Assembly: GCA_051251855.1 (NCBI GenBank)
Contig: JBPOGI010000002.1
Span: forward strand, 64,001 to 128,000
DNA from: Roseibacillus sp.
GTDB lineage: Bacteria; Verrucomicrobiota; Verrucomicrobiia; Verrucomicrobiales; Akkermansiaceae
DNA length: 64,000 nt
Reading direction: 5' to 3'
Shown: positions 29,040-39,042 of the stretch, in pieces
Numbering within the stretch: the first letter of the stretch is position 1
How the letters are laid out: each line of letters opens with the position of its first letter
Notes under the pieces: generated by a model
Told to the model about the DNA's origin: nothing
Database searches by the model: none
The model's input: the letters and a program-made list of their open reading frames with translations, nothing else
Made by a program: the position numbers and the translations under genes

Positions 29040-31961
29040 TTAAGGAACCAATTCGACTTTGACGCGGAAGAAGCGAGGCTTCTGACCACTGCCGGGAAGG
29101 AGCCCTGGAAAAGGAACGCTGACGACATCGTAGTCTGAATCATCACTGGAGTCGGCGACTAGAGTGGGAGTGACCGTGCTATCCTCGAAGGTGACGAGGT
29201 CGGCGCTGAATTGTACCGTGTAGGTGAGGCTGCCCGAGGTGCTATGGTCGTCGCGACGAACGAAGAGAGCATCGAAGGTGACGCCTGCTCCACTGCCTGA
29301 GAACTCGAGAATGGGGAGTCCATTGACGGAACCATCATTAACGAGATCTGCGCTGTCGCTGACAAGTGGGTCGGTGCCGAAGCCAAACTCGAGGAGGTTG
29401 TTGAGGCCATCGCTATCAGGGTCGGCGGTGGTGGTGTTGTTGGCTGCGGTGAGGCCGTTGTCGCTGGCCCAAGTGCCGTAGATAGTGGCGACTACCGGAG
29501 TGACGGTGAGAGTTCCAGGGCCGGTGATAACACCGGGGGCGTTGGTGCTGTCGTAGACGCCGTCGGGTTGGGAGACGCCGTTGATCACAAGGGCAGCGAT
29601 GTTGTCGGTGCCTGAGTATTCCAAATTAATGCTTGCTCCCGATGCAATAGTCACCGTGGAATTATCAGCAAGGTTGGTGTTGTTGGTTCCGTCGCCGAGG
29701 TCCAAGACTCCGCCATTGACCGTGGTATCTCCGGTGTAGGTATTGGCTGCGGTGAGAATCAAGGTGCTGGTGTTGTCTTTCTCAAGCGCACCCGTTCCAC
29801 TGATGACTCCGGTCATTGTTTGGTTAGCGGTGCTGTTGTAACGGAAGATACTGTCGTTGACCATGGGGCCGTCCCAGTTTCCCGCATCAAGTCTTCCTGC
29901 GCCGGCGACTTCGAGCACGCCTTCGGTGATTGTGACTGTATTATCAACTCTCAGAGTATTGCCGACATTGGTGAGCGCTACGGTGCCGTCACCGGTTTTC
30001 CCGACAGAGCCACGTTCGATCCTCGCGGAAACTTCTAGGTCAACCGCGTCGCTGCCATCAGCAACGTCGAAGTTGATCGTGTGTGTGTTCTGCATGAGGA
30101 GTTGATTGCCGGTGACAAAATTCTTCGGTCCTCCCGTGGTAACGATGGTGCAGCCCCGAAAGATGGTGGTGCCTTGGACATCAAGAGTGCCTGCCCCAGT
30201 GGTGTCGAAGGTGATAGTTCTGTTGATGAACACCGTGGTGGCACCAGCCTGCACCAGCTCCAGGCGAGAGCCGTTGTTGATTTCAAAATTACCAGATCCC
30301 CAGACATTACCTGAGGCATCATCATTCAAAAATTGAAGGGTGCCTTCATTAACCACACTTAATCCCGTGTAATCACCGGAGGCGAATTCTGCGACGAGAG
30401 TGCCCGCTCCTTCCTTGATAAGACCGCCATTGTTGCTGTTGGCGAGATCGGTGGCGAGAGTGACGTCTTGCCCATTGGTGTCGAAGATCATCGGGCTTCC
30501 GCTGTTGACGATGCGAGCGCTGTAGTCGGTAGCTGCGCTGTTGGCGGTGTATTGGAGGGTGCCGCCTCCGAAGTCGATGTTACCAGTGGTAAGGAGGGGA
30601 TCATGGGCGCCGAGGGCACCTGAAAGAGTGATGGTGGGGTCAACTCCGTCGAGGACATCGGCAGCATCGGCGACCAAGACCCCATCGTTGATGATGGTGG
30701 TGCCAGTGTATAAGTTGTCGCCAGCGAGAGTGAGAGAGCCGGTACCATTTTTGATGAGGCCGCCAGTGTTGGTGCCGTCAATGACGGTAGCGTACGAAAC
30801 AGATTGGCCGTTGGTATCGATTCTCATCGGATTGTCACTATCGATAATGCGGCTGGCGTAGTCACTGCTAGCTCCGAGAGGACCGTACTGGAGGGTGCCA
30901 CCATTAAATTCGATGATGCCGTCAACGCCAAGGGCTCCTGAAGTGGCGGCCACGTCGGCTGCATTTGCCTGCAGGGTTCCAGCGCTTATGGTGGTTTTGC
31001 CAGTGTAGGTGTTGTCGCCCGACAAGATCCACTTGCCCGCATCAGCTTTGGTAATCGCAAGGGTGTTGGCTCCATTGTCCGCAGTCGTTCCTTGGATCTC
31101 GTTGTCCCCAGTGTTGCCTCCGCGAAGGGTGAGGATCTTGTTGTTACTAGAGGTGTTGGAGAAGGAGGCCGCCCCGGTCCAGACAATGGGGCCACTACCG
31201 ACGCTGTGGAAGGTTGCATTTCCTCCTCCCACGAGGCTTAAGGCTCGGTTCGTCGAGTGGCCGCTTCCATCATACCGGACTTGTCCGTTAGTCCCGATTC
31301 GCACTTCGCTACCGGCCCCTGCGGCACTGGGGACTCCGATGTCTGCGATGGAGTCGAAGCGGAGACCGCCGCCACCGTTTTGTTTACCAAAAGGGCCGGT
31401 AAAATCATTGAGAGGGTTGCGGAAAAGAATGGTGTTTGCTCCTACTGCGAAGAAGCGGCTGCCAGCAACGGATTCACTGACCTGAGCATTGATGGTCAAG
31501 GTGCCGGTCATTGAGTTGTTTGAATTCGTTCCGTTGAGGAAAAGTTTGCCTCCGCTGGAGGCATCGATGGTCGCAGTGGCGCCTCCGTTGACCCTGAGAT
31601 ATTGGTCAGTTGTCCCAAAAGTGAGGTCATGGGAAGCGAGGTCGAGGGTGTAATTCCCGCCGGCGGTGACATTAAAATCGAGTTTGGATGGAGCCACGTC
31701 GCCCGCAAGGGTCACGGTGGCTGCGGTGCCCATGTCGCCACCAAAAACAGCCGTGTTTCCATCGGCCCAAACTTGATCGGCGCCTCCGTCCCACCAATTG
31801 CCAACCCCAACAGCCCAAGTGCCGGTTCCTTCGGTCACCACGGCATCACCGGTAGTGGTATCCCATTGGAGTTGGGCTTGGATGGAAATAGGAAAAAGAC
31901 CCGCGAGAAGGGCGAGGCGAAACGATATGGGGAGGCTGAGTAGTGAAATGCTTTTTTTCAT
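29040..31961 (-). CDS. Autotransporter-associated beta-strand repeat protein
   Basis: Repeated K.G.G.L.L.G.NTYTG.T.I..GTL; C-terminal DPDSDGLNNLLEFGFGTDP...RFFRVKV. Confidence 0.9.
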   Translation of the reverse strand: MKKSISLLSLPISFRLALLAGLFPISIQAQLQWDTTTGDAVVTEGTGTWAVGVGNWWDGGADQVWADGNTAVFGGDMGTAATVTLAGDVAPSKLDFNVTAGGNYTLDLASHDLTFGTTDQYLRVNGGATATIDASSGGKLFLNGTNSNNSMTGTLTINAQVSESVAGSRFFAVGANTILFRNPLNDFTGPFGKQNGGGGLRFDSIADIGVPSAAGAGSEVRIGTNGQVRYDGSGHSTNRALSLVGGGNATFHSVGSGPIVWTGAASFSNTSSNNKILTLRGGNTGDNEIQGTTADNGANTLAITKADAGKWILSGDNTYTGKTTISAGTLQANAADVAATSGALGVDGIIEFNGGTLQYGPLGASSDYASRIIDSDNPMRIDTNGQSVSYATVIDGTNTGGLIKNGTGSLTLAGDNLYTGTTIINDGVLVADAADVLDGVDPTITLSGALGAHDPLLTTGNIDFGGGTLQYTANSAATDYSARIVNSGSPMIFDTNGQDVTLATDLANSNNGGLIKEGAGTLVAEFASGDYTGLSVVNEGTLQFLNDDASGNVWGSGNFEINNGSRLELVQAGATTVFINRTITFDTTGAGTLDVQGTTIFRGCTIVTTGGPKNFVTGNQLLMQNTHTINFDVADGSDAVDLEVSARIERGSVGKTGDGTVALTNVGNTLRVDNTVTITEGVLEVAGAGRLDAGNWDGPMVNDSIFRYNSTANQTMTGVISGTGALEKDNTSTLILTAANTYTGDTTVNGGVLDLGDGTNNTNLADNSTVTIASGASINLEYSGTDNIAALVINGVSQPDGVYDSTNAPGVITGPGTLTVTPVVATIYGTWASDNGLTAANNTTTADPDSDGLNNLLEFGFGTDPLVSDSADLVNDGSVNGLPILEFSGSGAGVTFDALFVRRDDHSTSGSLTYTVQFSADLVTFEDSTVTPTLVADSSDDSDYDVVSVPFPGLLPGSGQKPRFFRVKVELVP

Positions 31962-32255
31962 GGTTTTGGTTTTCTCGGAAATAATTGGTCACCGCTTGAT
32001 AAGAGGGTTTTGAGCGGGGCCCTTTCCTCGACTTTACGGTGTTAAGTTAGACACGAGAGCGAGAGGCTGGCTATCCTCATTTTATAGGACGTTCGCTCGT
32101 AAGTTGTTAAATCTTAATGGTTAATATTAATTTAATTTCCATGGAATTTCTTTAAAATAGTTTGCGTTTTTTTTGGCTCAGATGACCCCAACCCTCTTGT
32201 AATAGGCGCCTCCCATAGCCTTGAAGAAGGATGTGTTTTTCAATAAGAACAGCGC

Positions 32256-33554
32256 TTACTCCACTTTTCTGGCTTCTAGTCGTGATGGAGGCGAGGAGTT
32301 GGATTCGCGTTCATCTCGGAGCATTTTTCCTCCTTCTCCGGTGAGCCAGAGATAGTGATCAGAAGGGAGACCTTCGTAGGTAAGAAAGGGGGTGGGCCCG
32401 ACGGGCGGGTTGTTGCTGCATTTGAAGATGGCAGTGCCTTCGTCGACTTCGTCGAACATGGCGATGTATATCATCTGGGCTCCCGCTTCTTTGAGGCCGG
32501 CAAACTGGGACCAGAGGAACTTTCCTTTGAGCCGAGGGATACTGTTGAAAGGTGCATCGGGGTACATGTTTTGCCAACTGAAGCCGGGGAAACAGACAGG
32601 GAGAAAGTCGAGGCTGCGCTGCTCGCACCAAGCAATGTCTTTGGGATAGAGGTTTTGAGCGTGGCGGGTTGCCTCGTCGGGAGTGCGATAGCGACCCGGG
32701 GTCCATGGGCTGATAACGTCGGCGAGAGCGAGGATGTCGTGGAGGCTGGGGTCGTCTGTAGAGTCACGGGTTTGTTCGCGCCAATAGGTGGGAACGCCGA
32801 GCATGACGGAGCACCCTTGGGCTTTGAAGAATTCGATGAGGGTGCGGCATTCGGCGAGGGAGTATTTGCGGTCGTCGCTGAAGCCGATGCCCCAAATGGC
32901 GACGAGGGGTTTGCCTTCGTGGTGGAGATAGGCGGGGTCTTTTCCCATCTGCATTTTTTCTTGCAGCATGGTCCAGTCTTCGGAGACGGCGGTGGTTTCG
33001 CCGGACTTGAGGCCAGAGAGATCATACATGACAGCGTAGGTGCGGCCTTCGCGATTGGCTCCTTCGCGGCAGCTAGAGAGGACTTGGTCTTTGTGATTTC
33101 GGAGGGACTCGTTTCGTAAGCCGTTGGCGAATCGTTGCACGAAGGCTCCGTCAATTTCGTATTCACGCATCCACTGGAAGTGTCGCAGAACGGTAGTGCG
33201 GTTGTGGGAGCTGAAGACCATGGCGGGGTCTCCGTTGGCGAGCTTGAACCCGGTGGGCGCGAGTTCAGAGGGAGTGGCTTCGGAAACATCGGGCCAAAGT
33301 TCGACCCCGACGTTATCAGGTCCAAAGGGTTTGGAGGCTTTGCGCGCCCAGTGAGTCCAGCCTAGGCCAGCTCCGTCGTCGGGGGTGTTGAACCAACCTT
33401 GGTAGCCGGCCATCACTTTGCCCGTGAGGGTTGTGGTGTCGACGCCTTTGACGGAGGGGCCGGTGTAGGGTTGTAGGAGGCTTTCTGGGTTAGCGGAGAG
33501 GAGTGCTGTTTGAAGTATGAAGGATAGAAAGGTCAGGGATGGGAGCAGGTTCAT
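32256..33554 (-). CDS. Glycoside hydrolase, GH71/99-like
   Basis: VMAGYQGWF, HFQWMREYEIDG, MYDLSG, AMFDEVDEGTA. Confidence 0.8.
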   Translation of the reverse strand: MNLLPSLTFLSFILQTALLSANPESLLQPYTGPSVKGVDTTTLTGKVMAGYQGWFNTPDDGAGLGWTHWARKASKPFGPDNVGVELWPDVSEATPSELAPTGFKLANGDPAMVFSSHNRTTVLRHFQWMREYEIDGAFVQRFANGLRNESLRNHKDQVLSSCREGANREGRTYAVMYDLSGLKSGETTAVSEDWTMLQEKMQMGKDPAYLHHEGKPLVAIWGIGFSDDRKYSLAECRTLIEFFKAQGCSVMLGVPTYWREQTRDSTDDPSLHDILALADVISPWTPGRYRTPDEATRHAQNLYPKDIAWCEQRSLDFLPVCFPGFSWQNMYPDAPFNSIPRLKGKFLWSQFAGLKEAGAQMIYIAMFDEVDEGTAIFKCSNNPPVGPTPFLTYEGLPSDHYLWLTGEGGKMLRDERESNSSPPSRLEARKVE

Positions 33555-33811
33555 GAGAGAGTGAGAGAGTGGGTGAGTTTACGGGGGCTGAACCTTGGTT
33601 CTAACGTGAAGAGTGGTCTAAATGAGAGGAGGCCATGGCGTTTCTTCTTGTGGGAGTGAAGGCTGTCGTCATGTTCAAGATTGAGAAACGGTTTGGTAAC
33701 GATATGATGGGTGGGAAATTTGGTGGAAAAAGCGATGGGTTCATCAGCTGAATTTGAGGAGGCTAAAATGTTGATTGGCTGCGTTTACACCAGTTCAAGG
33801 AACCTACAATT

Positions 33812-36800
33812 ATGACCACTCATACTGATTGCCCCGCCTTTTCGATTGCGAAGAGAATTGGCCTGACACTTTTGCATAGCATTTGGCTAATGACCTTTGT
33901 GGTTGTCTCATTCGGGTTTGTGCTGATGAGCAGTGGTCAGGACTTGGGTGGGAATCGAGATAGCTCGGAGGAAATCAGTGAGACGAAATCGGAAGAAGAG
34001 CTCGGGGAGAAGATTTCTGCGGTATCTCCGGTTCGAAGTTACGATAGGCTCACCCAGATAGAAAGAGAGGTTAAAGAATTCCTGAAGTCAGACCTCATCG
34101 CAGAGGCGGAGAAACGAATTTTGGAAGAGCTTCCGGCCATGAGTCAATTATGGTTGAGTGAGAGCTATTTGTCACTGGATGGTGCGGCCGCAGATAGTTT
34201 GCAAAAGGCCATTGCTCAGGAGCCAAGGCTCTTGCCCATTTTGGTAGCGGCTATTCTGGATCTTGAAGAGTCAGAGGCGATTAAGGCGGGTATGTTAGAC
34301 GTTGTTGGTGCGGAAAAGGAGGCAAGTCTTCTGTATGGAAAGATTCTTGCCTCTGATCCTAAGGGTTCTTCAGTGATTCGATTGCATCAGATTCGTCTGT
34401 TAGGTGGAGCGGAACCAAACAAGTTGATTAGCCTTTTGAGTGGTAAGACGAATCCTCAGAAGATTCGGGATGCGATCGGTTCCGCATTTCGTGCGACGAA
34501 GAGTTTCGAGCAGAGTATCGCCTTCATGAATGCTCTATCGGAGTATTTGGAGACGGTGGCCATTGCTCCTGAGGTGCGCTTTGATTGGGTGTCTGGCATG
34601 AGCTATGCCTTTGGAAGCGATCACTACCGCAGAAATCGCCTTTTTGGTGGCTATCAATTGCCTTCTGTGTGGGAGCCACAGGCTCCACACGATCATCAAA
34701 TGAGAGGGAAGGAGAACAATGCGGAGCACGTCAAGGTTCGGCATCAGGCATATCGACGTTATTGTCGGGCGAGCCTTCGTCTCCCTGACCAAGCAGCTTG
34801 GGGGTTTTCTCACCTGGTGGCATTGGCTGACCTCGAAGGGAAGTTTGACACTCATCCAGTATTGGTGGAGCAGGCTCGAACGGCTCTCAAGGCAAGCGGT
34901 CAGCCGACGAGGCTGGGGCTCTTTGCAACCGCCAAGAAGTCACCTCGCTTTTTCTCGCCGGAGCTTTATTTGGCCTATTCTCGTTGGAAAGGGAAGAGGG
35001 TTGAGCTTTCTGAACTATCAGAACCGATTGTGGCGCAGATAGAGCGTCTCGAGAGTTTGTTGCAAGTGAAACCTGCTGACTTTGCGGCGCTGTCACAAGC
35101 GCTCATAGAAGATGCGACCCTGAAGGAAGTTCCTATCTACTACCCTTCTGGTGGAGTAGGGGTGACAGAGGGACTGACTGGGGCCGTCGCTACGCGCCGA
35201 TTACATGAGGTGCTGTTGATTTGGAATGCGAGACAGAACGATGCGGAGATAGAGAGCCTCATTCTGAGCTGTGCTCAAAAGGGAAAGGAAGATGCTTCCT
35301 CGAGTGATGTCGCCAAAGGTCTGGTCAATTACTTGCGGGTCGTCGAGTCTGCCAAAGGACCTGACCAGGTAAGAGACCTTCTCGAACAATTAACGACGAT
35401 TTATCTCGGCCCGCCTCCCGAGCGTGCTAAGGCACTCGAAACCTTGGCTCCTCTCAATGTCATCTGCCGATTGGGCGTTCGTGAGTACCCTGCGGAGAGA
35501 TATCTCGCTGTTCTCAAGCTCATGCTTAAGGAGCCTTCCCTCATCTTTCTCGCGCTGGAGAAGGCCGCTGAGTTAGACCTACTGGAGCGGATGGAGATTC
35601 GTGATTGGATTGAGGATGACGACTTCCGGTCGAAGCCTGAGGAGGTCATCGCTCGTCTGGGTTATTCTCCTTTGGTGGAGAATGTGGAGGGGTTTCATGC
35701 TATTTTTCGGAGTAGTGGGCTGAGTTTTGCGAGCAATTTTCCTAAAGAGCAGACGCTTCTTGAATGGGTGGTTGCGGAGATTGAAAAACTGGATGAGGTC
35801 AGTCAAAAGCCCATTCTCTCTTATTTAGAAGAAAAGAAGACCTTTGGGGCCGAGGTGATGGTGGCTCTTTTAAGTGAGCAGTCCCAATCGAAGGTGGCTG
35901 AGGTTCTAAGAAAAAGGGCAGACGTGATATCCGAACTTTCCGATGAAGGTAAGAGAAGAATCGCGACCTTTGTGATTCCTCAATTGTCGCAAGATGCCAA
36001 GGACGTCAGGAAGTTCTTTGAGGAGGTTCTGGTGGATGAAAATGAAGTTCAATTGAAGGTGTTTAAAGAGAGTTTGATGCCTAAGGATGACGACTCTAGG
36101 ACGAGGAGGGAAAATGCGCCGGGGGAAGTTTTTTTGAGATTTTATCAGCAGGGACCAGGCTTGGCGTTGTTGGCCTTGCGAGAGGTTCAGGGCGTGCAAG
36201 AGGAAGGGGCGGGAAAGGTGGCTTTGTTTTCGGGTGTCAGCGCGCGAGTTCATGAATCCATGGCTAGTGAGTTGTTAGAGAGAATTAACTACGGAGTGTA
36301 TCCTCCGTCAGAGGGGCGTAAGGAAACAGAGTTTTATCTTCGGGTCCTTGCTGATGAACAGTTAGGGCCTCATCTCATTCTTAATCCGCAGCTACTTACC
36401 CCGAGGTTTTCGGATGCGAAAACGGATGAGCAGCGACTCGATGGGATGAAAAATGCTTTGGCTTGGATTGCTGAAGTATACCCTGAGAACCTTGCGAAGG
36501 AGTATTTCTTCATTGCGACGATTGAGCGTGGGGGCTGGCTTTCTTATAGCGCTCAGCGGGCGGCGAAGAACGCGGAGTATCAGCAAGAAGTGTTGTCTGC
36601 TCTACCACCTTCTTTCCGCACTCTCGCAGATGCGGCGCTGGAGTTGGGATCGGTGAGTGACGGGTGGATTTATCAAGAGCCCGTGAAGCCCAAATGGAGT
36701 GAGCCGAAGGTGGCCGAGGCTTTCAAAGTGGTCGCTGAGTTGCTTGCTGATGAGGGTTTGCCGCTGAGTCTGCGCATAGCGGTGGCAACTTCGGTTTGTA

Positions 36801-38194
36801 AGAGTTGTCGGGTTCAGACTGCCCCGAAGGTAGCTCGCCAGTGTGCTGGATTGCTTGCGGATGCTTGGGAAGCCCGCATTCCTGTGGGGGACTTTCAAGC
36901 TGAGGAGATTCTGCGGGTATTTTCCTATCAGGAGATGAGTGAGCCTGACTTGCAGGTTGCGGATCGCTTGGTCAAGGCATGGGAGCGGCGCCTGACACAG
37001 AAGGAATTGGAGGCGGGTGAGGTGGTCCGGATTTCTCATACGGAAATTTGGCTCGCTGGCTTGTGGGCGGTCTTGGGGGACGATGCGTCTTTTACCAATG
37101 CGATGAACAAACGCTATCTAGATTTGTCGGGCTACCAAGCTTTACAGCTCTTACCTCTCTTGGTGCGAGCGGGGAAGGCTGAGGCGGCAGCTGGGATGGT
37201 GAAGAGCTGTGCCCTTGAGCTGGCAAGAAGAACAAGTTCTGATCAGCGAACCTATTATGATCAAGCGATTGAGAAGAATCTCCCTGCACTACTAGTCCAA
37301 CTGGGAGCTCCCGAGGAGCAAGTTCTGGTTGAAGCTCATTTGAAGGGGTTGAGGAACTGGCCCTTTGCGACGGAACTGTCAACGCGAGAGGAGCGTATGA
37401 TGGGGATTGCTGAGAGGGCTTGCAAAATGAGCTTTGAGCATAGCGATATTCGAAAAGGGGTTTATCGTCTTTGTTTTCAAGAGAGGGCTTCCGCGAAGTA
37501 TTTGGCGGAGGGATATATTGAGATGGTGGAGTTGGAGCGACTTGAGAGCACAATGGAAGCCTCGTCGCGCTCTGGGTGGGGGCGTTTGGCGGAAGAGATG
37601 ATTCATTGTGTGTTGAGCGCTGGGGAGGTCGAGAAGGCGATGGAGGTTTTGAAAGTGATGGAGGAGAAGTCGCGAGGAGGCGGGAAGAATTACAAGACGG
37701 TGTGGGAGGCGATGTCGAAGGGGATTTCGAGTGCGGTGAGCACGCATCAAAATCACCCTGAGTTGTTAGAGAAGATGTTGCCAGCGACGCGGTTTATGGC
37801 GGCGTCTTCGGCTGAATGGGGTCTGAGTGATCGTGACCGAGTGGGGGACTATGCGCGCAATATTTTTTGCCATGCGAAGCTGAATCGGATGGGTGCGTGG
37901 AGAGAGTGGCGAGAGGGCTTGGAATCGGAGCTTGGGGAGGAGTTGGATGCGCTTTGGTTTCCGAAGAATGGAAGGATGATTTGGTTGGTTGAAAGTCGGA
38001 TGCGGAAGGATGTTCCGTTGGCCGAGAGGCTTGCGGTGATGAAGAATATTCTGAGTGAACCTCAAGTGGTGGGGACTTCAGGCAAGCTTCATGATGATGC
38101 GATTGGGATGCTGCGGAAACAGGGGTGTTTTACCGCTGAAGAGCTTCTGGAGGTCGAGGAAGAGTTGGTGGAGGTGATGCGGTTGAAGAAATAG
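33812..38194 (+). CDS. Large hypothetical protein (1460 aa), N-terminal hydrophobic segment
   Basis: Uninterrupted 4.4-kb ORF; no motif recognised. Confidence 0.75.
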   Translation: MTTHTDCPAFSIAKRIGLTLLHSIWLMTFVVVSFGFVLMSSGQDLGGNRDSSEEISETKSEEELGEKISAVSPVRSYDRLTQIEREVKEFLKSDLIAEAEKRILEELPAMSQLWLSESYLSLDGAAADSLQKAIAQEPRLLPILVAAILDLEESEAIKAGMLDVVGAEKEASLLYGKILASDPKGSSVIRLHQIRLLGGAEPNKLISLLSGKTNPQKIRDAIGSAFRATKSFEQSIAFMNALSEYLETVAIAPEVRFDWVSGMSYAFGSDHYRRNRLFGGYQLPSVWEPQAPHDHQMRGKENNAEHVKVRHQAYRRYCRASLRLPDQAAWGFSHLVALADLEGKFDTHPVLVEQARTALKASGQPTRLGLFATAKKSPRFFSPELYLAYSRWKGKRVELSELSEPIVAQIERLESLLQVKPADFAALSQALIEDATLKEVPIYYPSGGVGVTEGLTGAVATRRLHEVLLIWNARQNDAEIESLILSCAQKGKEDASSSDVAKGLVNYLRVVESAKGPDQVRDLLEQLTTIYLGPPPERAKALETLAPLNVICRLGVREYPAERYLAVLKLMLKEPSLIFLALEKAAELDLLERMEIRDWIEDDDFRSKPEEVIARLGYSPLVENVEGFHAIFRSSGLSFASNFPKEQTLLEWVVAEIEKLDEVSQKPILSYLEEKKTFGAEVMVALLSEQSQSKVAEVLRKRADVISELSDEGKRRIATFVIPQLSQDAKDVRKFFEEVLVDENEVQLKVFKESLMPKDDDSRTRRENAPGEVFLRFYQQGPGLALLALREVQGVQEEGAGKVALFSGVSARVHESMASELLERINYGVYPPSEGRKETEFYLRVLADEQLGPHLILNPQLLTPRFSDAKTDEQRLDGMKNALAWIAEVYPENLAKEYFFIATIERGGWLSYSAQRAAKNAEYQQEVLSALPPSFRTLADAALELGSVSDGWIYQEPVKPKWSEPKVAEAFKVVAELLADEGLPLSLRIAVATSVCKSCRVQTAPKVARQCAGLLADAWEARIPVGDFQAEEILRVFSYQEMSEPDLQVADRLVKAWERRLTQKELEAGEVVRISHTEIWLAGLWAVLGDDASFTNAMNKRYLDLSGYQALQLLPLLVRAGKAEAAAGMVKSCALELARRTSSDQRTYYDQAIEKNLPALLVQLGAPEEQVLVEAHLKGLRNWPFATELSTREERMMGIAERACKMSFEHSDIRKGVYRLCFQERASAKYLAEGYIEMVELERLESTMEASSRSGWGRLAEEMIHCVLSAGEVEKAMEVLKVMEEKSRGGGKNYKTVWEAMSKGISSAVSTHQNHPELLEKMLPATRFMAASSAEWGLSDRDRVGDYARNIFCHAKLNRMGAWREWREGLESELGEELDALWFPKNGRMIWLVESRMRKDVPLAERLAVMKNILSEPQVVGTSGKLHDDAIGMLRKQGCFTAEELLEVEEELVEVMRLKK

Positions 38195-38340
38195 GAGCGT
38201 GGTCTTTTTAAGCCGCTCACTTGAGTTGTCGCGAGTTGGGGGGGTAGGCCTGTATACTTTCGAATTCCTGAAGTTGCGGTTTGCAATCTATCTATTCGAG
38301 AAGCGGTCAATCTCAGCGGCTTACAAAGCCACTCTCCTAT
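38191..38340. repeat. REPIN/MITE-like element, copy 1
   Basis: Terminal inverted repeats ATAGGAGCGTGGTCTTTTTAAGCCGC ... GCGGCTTACAAAGCCACTCTCCTAT. Confidence 0.8.
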
Positions 38341-38437
38341 GCCTGCGGTCTCTGCCACGATAGCTTCTTCCGTCAAAATTTTGAGAAGAGGTCTTTAGAC
38401 TCGTCCTGACGATTTGATTCCTTATGCTGACCGTAAT

Positions 38438-39022
38438 ATGGAACGTCGGGAATTGATGAAGATGATTGCGACTGTGGCCGGGGGGAGCATTGCTCTGCCG
38501 GAGGCGGTTTTTGCGCGGATGGGGGAATCGATTCAGTCGGAAGACTTGAACTTTTTTCGGCCGGCTCAGCGAGCGCAAGTGGCGATGATAGCGGAGGCGA
38601 TCATTCCGAAGACAGATACTCCGGGAGCGATTGAGGCGGGAGTTCCTGCTTGGATCGAAGTGATTGTGAAGGACTGCTTTGATGAAGTAGACCAGGGCAT
38701 CATTGTCGAAGGCCTCGCGGACTTGGCTTTGCGATGCCAGAAGGCACACGGGAAGAGCATTGACCAACTGAGTGGTGAAGAGCAGGTGGCCTTTCTAACT
38801 CAAATGCACAAAGAGACTTTGGCTGAAAAACGGGCTCGGGAGAAGGATGAGGAAAAGGAGAAGCAACGACGAACGTTTCTCGAACAGTTTAAAGACCTGA
38901 CCAAGCTCTGCTATTGCAGTTCGGAAGTGGGAGCGACGGAGGCTTTCGACTATCAGTTGGTGCCTGGAAAATGGGTGGCCTCGATGCCTCTTGAACCCGG
39001 GCAAAAAGCGTGGGCGATCTAA
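38438..39022 (+). CDS. Gluconate 2-dehydrogenase subunit 3 family protein (Tat-like leader)
   Basis: MERRELMK, IIPKTDTPGAIEAGVP, YCSSEVGA..VPG. Confidence 0.85.
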   Translation: MERRELMKMIATVAGGSIALPEAVFARMGESIQSEDLNFFRPAQRAQVAMIAEAIIPKTDTPGAIEAGVPAWIEVIVKDCFDEVDQGIIVEGLADLALRCQKAHGKSIDQLSGEEQVAFLTQMHKETLAEKRAREKDEEKEKQRRTFLEQFKDLTKLCYCSSEVGATEAFDYQLVPGKWVASMPLEPGQKAWAI

Positions 39023-39042
39023 TTCTTACACAAACGAATCTC

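Noticed and set aside
29040..31961. Internal DNA repeats as a possible array
   Set aside because: Explained by protein-level autotransporter-associated beta-strand repeats
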